Program-made: the position numbers and the translations under genes
Notes under the pieces: generated by a model
Databases searched by the model: none
What the model saw: only the letters and a program-made list of their open reading frames with translations
Told to the model about the DNA's origin: nothing
In this document: one piece after another, positions 25,158-35,928 of the stretch
Numbering within the stretch: the stretch's first letter is position 1
Layout: every line of letters starts with the position of its first letter
Source: Vermamoeba vermiformis
Lineage: Eukaryota
NCBI GenBank assembly: GCA_045837725.1
Contig: JBEWZL010000257.1
Span: 124,001-188,000 of the forward strand
Length of the DNA stretch: 64,000 nucleotides
Direction of reading: 5' to 3'

Positions 25158-27135
25158 TCAAATTAGCAGCGTCCAGTCACGATTAGGAATGCTCTTCAAT
25201 CGAGATCTGTCGGTGAAGTTGACACAGTGACTCACATCCAACTCGCGCAGTTGTTTTAATTCGCTGAGAGTTGCATAGGACTGATTAGTGATCCCACGAC
25301 AGCTGCTGATATTCAACGAACGCAGACTCGTCAAGTCACTCAAGTACTCGATGGCCGCGTCATTGATGCTGCTGCACCACGAGAGGTTCAGTTTGGTCAA
25401 TTCCTAATTAGGAAGCAAACATTAGACTACAATCAACGACCTCAATCTGACACTACCTTCAGTCTCGACAACGAGTGAATGCCTTTCTCGCTGATGTACA
25501 CATTGCTCGCGAGGTTCAAGTCGCGCATTCGTTTCATGTACTTGCCAATAGCTTCGAGCGAGACATTGGTGAGTCTAAGAATAAGAATAGGTTAGTGTGC
25601 GAAGAGATACACGTGTCAACGGTACTCACTTAATGCACGTGCAGAGGTCGAGAGAAGTGAGGCGAGTGAGGGACGGTGCGATGGACACAATGCCTTGGTC
25701 AGTAATGGCTTGATTGCCCCACAGCTGCAGTCGTTCAAGCTGATTGAACACCGACAACTTCTTCACGGCCTCGTCTGTCAGACTGCAGTTCTTCAAGTTC
25801 AACGACTAACAGAGCATTAGCAAGTGACTCACAGCTACACTATACACGTACTTTCAAGTTCTTTTGTCGTGCCAAGTACACGAGTCCTGACTCGGCAATC
25901 TGTTGACAGTTCGACAGATTCAACTGCTGCATCTTGGTCATGAGTGCGAGTTGGAGCAGTGCGCCGTTAGTGACTTTGAGACAGTCGCTCAAATTCAACT
26001 CGGTCAATTCTACCAGGTCACTGATGTGTTCGAGACCTTGCGCTGTATATTCAAATAGATCATATTAGCGCACAATAGTTGATAAGGAATCTCACTTACC
26101 ATTGAGGGCGGCGTTGTCACTTAGATCCAAATAAGTCAATGAACGCAGTGGCATCAAATTGACCATCACAGAGTTTGACAGTTGACACGAGGCCAGTGAC
26201 AGCCAGCGCAGTGTTGTCAAGCTCGACAGAACCTGTGCAGTGATTGGCACGACTATATTAGGCAATTAGCACTAGCTACTTACGGCCATGCCATTTTTAG
26301 TAATTTTTGCGCTGCATTCGGAGAGGTCTAGTACTGTCAGATCTGTCAACTGAGAGAATTCTTGCAATGTTTCGTCGTCCAGCAAGCGACAGCTGCGTCT
26401 AAAAATAGTGCCAATGTGAGTGGGGTTGCAGCGTAATTACAACGCAAATGACTCACAGTCTCAATTCTTGCAGCGAATAGCGTTGAATGAGTGCTTTGAG
26501 ACCCACGCGCGTGACTTTGCAGTTGTAATTGAGATTGAGTGCTGTCAAATAAAAAGAATTGCCCACTGAACTGCGCAGCTGCATTGAAGGATTGAACGAC
26601 GCTAGTGCGAGCATGGCTTGGTCTGATATTCGCGAACAATATTCCAAATTTAGTCGTCGCTGTGCGGGAGGTGAGTATTGTTCATGAACCATTCGAATGT
26701 GCGCGTACTTACCATATTAGGCAATTTCATGATTGAAATAATACACTTGTCTGTGATGGCTGAACATCTAAATAACGACAAAGACTAGTAATGTTAGTAT
26801 CATAGCAAGCACATATAGCGTTGTTAAGTCAAATTGAAGGCTTACAACCAAGTGTTTGCATCGCTCGCAGATCCACTGCACCACTTTGTCATTGACATTG
26901 TCACGTGCGGGACTCAAGTCGAGATCAGTCTGCCAATACCACGCCAATGTGCGCCATCGTGTGCACACCACTGCACAGCGCTGCACTTGAAATACCTGCA
27001 ATTCAAGGTCAGAATTACTCTCAAAAGTATTCTTTACGTCCAACATGCTGTTGAATTGTCGTTGCTTACATTTAAAAATGAGAATATCAGCCCTAATACT
27101 TCCGCGGGACCTTCTCGCCACAGCAAATTGTCCAT
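25158..27135 (-). CDS. F-box/LRR-repeat protein (FBXL-like), multi-exon
   Basis: N-terminal F-box PAEVLGLIFSFLN..QRCAVVCTRWR followed by cysteine-containing LRRs (LNLSWCSSIND, LNISSCRGIT, LNLEYCSRISD). Confidence 0.85.
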
Positions 27136-27802
27136 GAAATTTACTAAAATTTAAAATTAATTAAAATATATTATGCACGGACCTCAGCCAATATTAAATT
27201 ACCAAGCTTGATCAATATTATTAACGAATTATTATATTTAAATTTTCGAAGGATTATTGAGGATTAAAATTTAGTTTCGGCTTTTGACATTGCTCAATTG
27301 CGTGGGTCATCTCCCTGCTTACCCTAAAATTATATTTACAATATATTATAATACAAAGCAATGCACTTGTTTGCGCTATTGCTGTTCTTTGATCGGCAAA
27401 ATGAACTAATTTAGACCTGGCAAAGTTTCAACAAACACGCAACAAGCGACCACACGAGAAATATATTATTAGATCATCAATTTATACAAGGGTGTCGCGC
27501 AATTCTAACAGATCCGCTTCTGGCGTCACCGTGGCAGATCCGTAAATTCTTTTTCGGTTGAATTTCAATATTTTTCAATTCTCAAACATGATTGGCTCTT
27601 CATGCATCTAAACATCGTTGTTTTTGTTCGTTTTTCTCCTTTTAAGCTGAAAATCCGTCAATAAAATAAAATTAATATTTTGGCTGTCTTTTGCTTTTTG
27701 GCGCGGTGTTATTTTCAATCTTCCTCAGAAACTAGCAATAGCCACGACTAGTGGGATTATTTCCCAAGCACCTCTCCCTAATAGACAAATACTCGTCTTT
27801 CA

Positions 27803-29726
27803 ATGTCCAATATCCTTTTTAACCGCGATCTGGATCAGATTTACAAAAAATAGCCCCGAAATGCATCATAAATTGATTTATTCAAATTTCCTTCACTAAA
27901 AACTATTAAAAATATAGCTCTATATAAAATAATAATAGTCAATTCATATTGACCCCTCTATTATTTGCAAAACTTCCTTAACCACTTTTACGTCTGCCTG
28001 CTGGCCTCAGAATCTGCGTGCTCGAGAATACCCGCGAAGAGAACACCGTGGAATTCAGCATATACAATCCAGACCACACCTATGATTACGTTCTAGTCAA
28101 TAAAGCCACAGCGGTGAAGCAGATTCGCGAGCTGAGCAAGAAGAAGTACGATCTTTTCATCAATCTGTGCGACGGAGGTTGGGACACAGACTGTGCAGGC
28201 ATAGAGGTCATAACAGCTTTGGAACGATTCAATCTACCATTTACTGGCGCCAATTCAGCCTGTTACGAGCCCAGCAAGGAACACATGAAGATGATCGCGC
28301 TGATGAACGGCGTGGACACTCCTGCCTTCGTCTTTGCTTACGACGAGGATGATATAGCCAAAGCAGCACAGAATTTGAATTTTCCACTCATTGTCAAGCA
28401 CTTCAACGGTGCTAGCAGCATCGGAATGACGAAAGACTCGCGCGTTGAGAATCCAGAACAACTTCGCGTACAAGCATTGCGATTTATTGAAGAATATGGT
28501 GGTAAGTCTATAATATGCATATTTATCAATTGAAATCTTTCGGTTTGAATAACCGAATTGACTGAGATCCGTTGACACGTTAGTGCGATCCATAACTATA
28601 TTACGTTGCTTGAATATAAGCATAATTGCCTTGACTTATTAGCTTAATCAACTACCTATCCAATTCAAATTGTTTTTCGCCGTTACAAAGCAAAAACTTT
28701 CAATGTCATCACCGTTCATTTACGTTGAAACTCAAGATGAAAAGCAGTCGAATCACGAGGAATTAAACCGCAGTAGCGAAGATATTGCCAGGAATTTTGA
28801 AGATTTAACAACGCAAACGGAGTCTTCGGAGAATTGTTCGGGAAAGTAAATAGTTATCAAAACAACAACTGTTGGACAAATCAAATTATAATATAAACTA
28901 ATTATCACTACTAGGTGCATTGATCGAAGAGTTCATTGAAGGACGTGAGTTCACAGTGCTCGTGACTGAGAACCCCTTGGACGAAGAAGATCCGCTCACC
29001 TTCACGCCAGTTGAGTGTCGCTTCGGTGAGGGCGAGACCTTCAAGCACTACGACCTCAAGTGGACCGACTACGAAAAGATCTCGTGGTTCCCCGTAGACC
29101 CTGCTGCTCCCCTCACTGCCAAGCTCAAGTACGCCACTCAGCGCGTGTTCGTGGGTCTGCGCGCAGTGGGCTACGGGCGCTGCGACTTCAGAGTGGACAA
29201 CAACGGCCGCGTATACTTCTTAGAACTCAATCCCAACTGCGGTATATTCTATCCACTCGACGAGTACGGCAGTGCTGATTTCATTCTCAAAAATGATCCG
29301 ATTGGTCACCGCGGGTTCTTGGAGCACATCATGAAGTGCGCTCTTGAACGCAGCAAGAAGTTGAGCAAGAAATTTCAAGTCGGATTCTCGCGTCAAGCGG
29401 GTTACGTGTGGTACGCGAACAGAGACCTGCGCGAGGGCGAAGTGATCAGCAATTACGAAGAGGGCAATCACTTTGTCGTGAGCAAGACGCACGTTGACAC
29501 GGCCTGGTCCACGGCACAGCGCGAGTTCTTCAACAAGAATGCGCATCAAGTCGGCGATCAGATCTACCTCATGTGGTCCACACCCAATGGCAGCTCTGTG
29601 GACTGGTCCCCGTGTAGCCACAGCGACGAACAAGTCAATGCACGTTATGTCGGTCTCAAGGTCATAGCTACACGCGCTATTACTAAGGGCGAGGCTATTG
29701 TTGTGGCTAGCTCTGGCCGTCAATAG
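27803..29726 (+). CDS. D-Ala-D-Ala ligase-like ATP-grasp protein with a degenerate C-terminal SET-like domain; 3 exons
   Basis: LRICVL..YDLFINLCDG, LPFTGA, FPLIVKH..ASSIG, IEEFIEGREFTV, GYGRCDFR and FLELNPNCG, then YANRDLREGEVI..SHSD..VIATRAITKGE. The start MSSLPAG is obtained via an AT-AC intron. Confidence 0.82.
27810..27991 (+). other. U12-type AT-AC intron (first intron of the Ddl-like gene)
   Basis: 5' ATATCCTTTT, branch TTCCTTAAC at 27974-27982, 3' TTTTAC. Splicing links ATG TCC A to GT CTG in frame and removes an in-frame TAA at 27979. Confidence 0.87.
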
Positions 29727-30238
29727 CGCCACATCCACTCAGTCACCCGCGAGTAGTAGCTCTACTCTGCGAGCACTAGCTCAGCGTTAATTAGCATACC
29801 ATTAATACGGCTATGTTATATTGATTATGAGCTGGCTCGCTGTGTATTTTAATTTTTGTTTATTAGTCGTTGGGATCGAGTGCCTTTCCATGTACATTTT
29901 CAAACTCTATTTAAGGCCCTCGATACTAACTCTTGTAGATCTATTTTTGCGCGCGTGACTTAATTCAAACTAGCGAATATATATAATAAACAAAGAGTTT
30001 GCGGAAGTTCTTCTGTCTGGTCATCATCAAGGTCAGATCGTCTAAGGCAGGCAATGAGCTCGCCCGACATTGTTTGATATTACGGGTAAATATTTGTCTT
30101 ATTTAACCGTACCCGACCTATTAGTCGGCAGTTTCGGGTCTCGGAATTCTCACCAGAAATAAAAATCACTCGCGGCCGTTCAATCTTGTTCTTTTATTTC
30201 TGGCGACAAAGACCATATTAGCAACATATATAGAAAGA

Positions 30239-32280
30239 ATGTCTAACTCAGCCACTTATGTAAGTTTGATCGCTGTAGAGACGATTTAATGACCAGATCC
30301 GAAGATATTTTTTCGGGTTGAATCGAAATTCGTCAATTAAATTCAGCAAATAAAATTTCTAATTTATTATGTATGTTGGTGTAGAATAATCAATCGGTTC
30401 CATTATTTCACGCTCACAATAATTTATTAATTTATTTTTCTCAGCGAAAAGTGCTTGTTACTGGTGCTAGCGGCTTTTTGGGCTCTAGAACAGCCATCAT
30501 GATGCTTGAAAAGGGCTTAGTCGTTAAGGGATTCGATATTCGTCCTCAAAACCCGCCAATTGAAGGATTGGATTTCATTCAAGGTGACATCCGCAACTTG
30601 GAAGACTGCAAGCGTGCTGCTGAAGGTGTTGATGCTATCTTCCACTGCGCTGCTATTGCACAACTCGCCAAAGGTAAACACCTCACCCGATCCAAGATCG
30701 CGAACGTTGTTAATTCGTTTTTGCCCTGCAGAGGGTGTCGAGCAATTGTTTTGGGACATCAATGTTGGCGGCACTAAGAATATGATTGAGGCTGCTTGCT
30801 TTCACAAAGTAGCTCGCTTTATTCACGTGAGCAGCGGATCTGTCGTATTCAACTTCAAAGACATTCTTGATGCTGATGAGAACTTGCCTTATGTCTTCCA
30901 CGGTATGATTACATAGCTGTATATAATGACAGTGTAGTTTTCGAGCGATACTAATCTTTTTTTGGCAGATGTGTACGGCGCAACCAAGGTTGAGGCTGAA
31001 AAGGCTGTATTAGAAGCTAATGGCAAGGACAACGGCACCAAAGACAAGCTCATGACTGTTGCTATTCGTCCCCACTCCATTTACGGTCCTGGCGATCGTT
31101 TGTTCTTCCCTCCTGTTGTTAAATCCGCCAAGGTAATTACTCTACTCAATTATTATATTTGTGTAATGTTAATATAATTATGATTATAGCAAGGCAAATT
31201 GAGAACTATTTTGGGTAAAGGAGAGAACTTGTCTTCGTACACTTATGTCGACAACTGCGTGCACGTAAGTTGCAGTGTTCTATTTATAGTAACCTGAGTG
31301 CTGAACACCGCTCTACCAGGGTATGTACCTCGCAGGTCTGGCCCTCGTCAACGCCAGCTCTCCTGCTTGTGGTCAAGTGTACAACATCAACGACGGCAAG
31401 GACCGTAAGATGTGGGAGGTCATTTTGAATGTCGCCGAAAAAGTCGCAGGTGTACCTCGCGAGAAATTGGCCAAGATTAAGATGCCTGTTGGCTTCGTTT
31501 ATTACATTGGCTGGTTGAACGAAATGTACTGCAGTGTAAGCTAGACGATGTCATTCATAGGTGTGCATTAGACTGACGCGCCATTAAATCAGATCGCTGG
31601 TGGCAATCCTACATTCACACGCTTCTCAATCACAGTGGCCACAACAAATCACACTTACTCGATCAAGAAGGCTGAACGTGATTTGAAGTACAAACCTCTT
31701 GTGCCTCACGACGAGGTCAGTGTTTGACACGTGTCACAATTGACATTTTGCTCACACAATGTACAGGGCATGCGACGCGCGATTGAATGGGGCAAGGCAC
31801 AAGGAGACAACTTGTGGAAGGGACTCGAGCCTCCCAAGTCCAAGACTAAAGGACTCTCTTTGTGGCTCTTCTTCGTCTCGCTGCTCACACTCACTGGTGC
31901 TTTGCAAGTCTTCATGGGCCCGCAGCCTGTTCAACACTTGTTCAGCAGCAAGCCCACTGAAGGTAAGTCCCATATATCCTTGTTTGCGTCAATCTCACAC
32001 TCGTGCATTAGTCACTGCGTTGACCAGCCGATTGTTCGCGTGCTGGGCTCTCTTGGCCTCAGCTGTTGGCTTCAACACTGCCATTGACGTCAACAACCGC
32101 GCCATGTACAGACTGACGCTGTTCACTTTCTACGTCGCACTAGGTCTCTACGGCTTCGAATCATGCGTCACGAAGACAATGCCGTTCTTCCCGTCATTGC
32201 TGCCCATGATCATTCTGGCCGGTGTTTGCATTTCAATCTTGTGGATGACATTCGGCCACAGCACAGACAAGACCAATTAA
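30239..32280 (+). CDS. 3-beta-hydroxysteroid dehydrogenase/C4-decarboxylase (NSDHL/ERG26-like) fused to a C-terminal ERG28-like membrane domain
   Basis: VTGASGFLG, YGATK (YxxxK), IRPHSIYGPGD, TYVDN and DLKYKPLV. The reading continues without a stop into LSLWLFFVSLL..KPTEVTALTSRLFACWALL..MYRLTLFTFYVAL..E (ERG28 pattern). Confidence 0.85.
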
Positions 32281-32321
32281 ATTTTGCGAATAACTTCACT
32301 TTACTGTACAAAACGTGTTTA

Positions 32322-34017
32322 TTATTCCACAGGAAACAGCGTGTTTATGTCCACACCCTCCACGTACGAGAATATCTTGACCCAGATCTCCAACGGAAAC
32401 ACCTCCAAGAACGCGTCTGGTCGCTGGATCAGCATTTTGAGGAACACAATTACACCATTGAAGCGATCTCTGTTCTGCTTCAGCCGACTGTCCACTAATG
32501 GGTCACTTTCACCGTTGATTGTCAGCTGGCACAGTGAATAGTTTGGCTTGAGCACATCACCACCGCGAAGAAAGTCCCATTCAGGGTGATATTGCTCTTT
32601 CATCTTGTCAATGTGCAGCACTCTCAACGCGTTGTTCCGTGCCAGTGCCATCAATACAGGCCTCATGGACAAGGAGGTCGGTGTGTCTCTCTTAATGTGC
32701 AGCACTCGCAGTGTAGTATTCAGGTCTAATAATGACGCCAATGCATTGAGTGCTGGCTCTTGCAAAGGAATGTTCCTCATTTGCAGATTGGTCAGCGACT
32801 TGTTGTCTGCCAGTTCTTGGAATAAGTACGGACAGTCTCGTGTGTCCACGGTGCAGTCATTAAGAATCAAGCGTTGCACATTTGATTTGTGCAGGAACGG
32901 CTTCAGTTTCTCGCCTCTGACTCTGTTCTTCGCGAGTGACAGCCAAGTGAGAGATTTGTTCAGCGTCAAGCCCTTGGCAATGTCATCAGTGCACACGTGA
33001 CAGTCAGCCAGCGACAACTTCTTCAACGTGTTCGTCTTGAGGACAGTTGTGAGCTCGTCTGTAACTGCTTTGTCGTTCAAATTGATTCCGTCGAGTGTGA
33101 GCGAGGTAATGGTCGTATTCTCTTTGAATATCTGCAATATCTTGACCATGTGTGGGGTGGTGAAGTTGGCCAATGAGAGATCGAGGTCAGTGATCGATGT
33201 GTTCAGCTTCAATATGTCATACAATGGGTCAGTCAGCGGATCAATGTCGCAGTAGTTGAATGTCAGGTGTTTGAGTCCCTCGTTGTATCTAATCATGCTC
33301 GCTAATGTACTGCTGGTGTCGGTTGAGAAGGTTAATGCATTGAATTTGCATTTGACAATGCCTCGGTGCTCTTTGAGTGCTTTGAATAGCGACAAGATTT
33401 TGCCCGAGGGTACTGCAGACCTAGTGAGTGGACCATCAAGCTCGAATGACGTGAGTGCCTTGCTCGTGGTCAGTGCACTCGCGAGCTCTTCAATGTCCTC
33501 GTCGGGCAGTGTGAATGGTATCACGAGTCTGCAGTCTTTCAACACTTCGTGGACTTTGAGTGCTTTTCCTATGTACGACAATCTGTTGGAACTTGCACCG
33601 AAGTGAATCGTAGTGATTGAATTGTTGATTTGGAGCGCCAAAATAACAAACTCCCATTGCTCCGGACTAATATTCGCGTGTAGCCAGAGCTCCTTGATCG
33701 TCGTGTTGCGTCCAATAGCCTCCATTAAATACCGATACTCCAGTAAGTTGTTTGGCACGTAAACTTGGCCTCTCTGAAAAGCAATACGATCAACACCATC
33801 AATGTCGAATTTTGTGGATGTGGTTACAAGCTTGTTGATTTCGGGAATCGATGTTGCTGTTGGCAATCCCTGCAAATAAATTATTAAAAATAATGCGACG
33901 GCTTTGACCCTACTTCTGTACTTGGCGTAACCGACGGATGGGTTTTGCTTTATCTAAAGCGAATTTTGCCAATCTAAAAGCTGCTTTAGCAACTACAGGA
34001 TCAGCTTTAGCTTCCAT
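32322..34017 (-). CDS. RNI-like LRR protein with C-terminal F-box-like motif, paralog 1
   Basis: NxxLxxLxL repeats (LKLNTSITDLDLS, LTLNKSLTWLSLAKN) and C-terminus FLEVFPLEIWVKIFSYV. Short first exon MEAKADPVVAKAAFRLAK is predicted; its donor is uncertain. Confidence 0.8.
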
Positions 34018-34197
34018 TGTGTGTTAGGGTGGGGCATTTCTTTCTTTTTGGTTTTGTAGGACACATTTTCCAGGACAACATCATTTATTGAAGGATTATA
34101 CTGATTATACGACGATATCGATAGGCTTAAATCCACCCGTGCATTAAGTGCTTCATCGCGATCTGAGGACTAGACATTGTACAATACGATACGCCTG

Positions 34198-35875
34198 TCA
34201 CCCTGAAAATATTGCCCTAATGTTCACACCACCCACGTACGAAAATATTTTGGTCCAGATCTCCATTGGAAACACTGCAAAGAAGACATCTTGTCGCTGG
34301 ACCATCATCTTAAGGAATGCAATCACACCCACGTAGCGATCTCTGTTCGCCTTCAGTCTGCAGTCCACGCCGTAGTCATTCTGGTGGTTGATAGTCACCT
34401 TGCACAGCGCGTAGTTGGAGTCGAGAGTGTCGCGAATGTAGTCCCACTCTGGATGGTACTGCTCTCTTTGCTTTTCAATGTTCAGTGATTGCAGTGCGGT
34501 GTTCTCTTTCAGTGCCTGCAGCACGGGTTTTATGGGCAAAGAGGTCGCGGTGCCGCGTTTGAAGTGCAGCACGCGCAGAGTGTTGTTCTCGCGCAACATG
34601 TTCGCCAGGGCCGCGAGTGCGATGTCGAACAAACCAACATTTCTGATTCTTAGATTTGTCAGCGAGGTGTTGTGCGTCAGTCCCTCAAAGATGTGTCCCC
34701 AAACCTCTTGATTGACTTGGCACTCATCGAGGATCAAGTGCCGCACACTTAAAGTTTGCAACACTGGCTTGAGATCCTGCTTTTGAATCGTATTGTTGGC
34801 CAGAGACAGCCGAGTGAGTGACGTGTTCTGCGCCAACCCCTGCACAATATCGTTGACGCACAGATTACAGCGGCTGAGCGACAGTCTCTGCAACTTGTTG
34901 TTTGCGAGCACCTTATTTAGCTCTTCTGTGACCGACCTGTCACTCATTTTAATGCAACTAAGATCTAATGAGGTAATGGTCGTATTTTCTTGGAATATCT
35001 GCAATATCTTGACCATGTGTGGGGTGGTGAAGTTGGCCAATGAGAGATCGAGGTCAGTGATCGATGTGTTCAGCTTCAATATGTCATACAATGGGTCAGT
35101 CAGCGGATCAATGTCGCAGTAGTTGAATGTCAGGTGTTTCAGTCCCTCGTTGTATCTAATCATGCTTGCTAATGAGTGCCCTGTATCAGCTGAAAACACC
35201 ATGGAAGAGAATCTGCACTTGACAATGCCTCGGTGCTCTCCGAGTGCATTGAGTAGCGGTAAGATTTTGCCTGGTGGCATCGCAGGCCTATCGAATGGAC
35301 CACGAAGCTCGAATGACGTGAGTGCCTTGCTCGTGGCCAGTGCACTCGCGAGCTCTTCCACTTCATTGTCTTGCGCATTCTCTTCCAGTACAAAGCAGCC
35401 TGTAGTCAACTTTGCGTGTGCTTTGACTGCTCTGCCGATGTATGCCATGTTATTGGAACTGAAGTATATCGTATCAATAGAAGAGTTGCGTTTGAGGGCC
35501 TTGATGATGAACTCCCACTGCTCGGGAGTCGCATCACTATGTAAAAACAGCTGCTTGATCGATGTACTGCGCCCAATCGCTTCCATTAGATAGCGGAATG
35601 TTAATAAATTGGTCGGTAGGTCTACATATCCATCCAAAAACGTTATATCTCCAACTTCCTCAATGTCGAATTCGACCGCTTTAGATGCAGCAATAAATTT
35701 GTTGATTTCAAAATTTGACTTTGCTATCGGCAATTTCTATACTGTAAATTAGAAAAATTTAAAGAGATATTTGGGTTAATACTTTTTTGTTTAAATCCGT
35801 TCGTGGCGACTGATCCAGGGCAATTTTGGCCAATTTGAAGGCCGCAGTAGCAACCGCGCTATTATTTTCATTCAT
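34198..35875 (-). CDS. RNI-like LRR protein with C-terminal F-box-like motif, paralog 2 (tandem duplicate)
   Basis: Colinear with paralog 1. C-terminus FFAVFPMEIWTKIFSYV; first exon MNENNSAVATAAFKLAK. Confidence 0.8.
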
Positions 35876-35928
35876 TGCTGTATGTGTGCTTATTCTTTCG
35901 GTCAAAGTAACGTTTGACAATTTCAATT

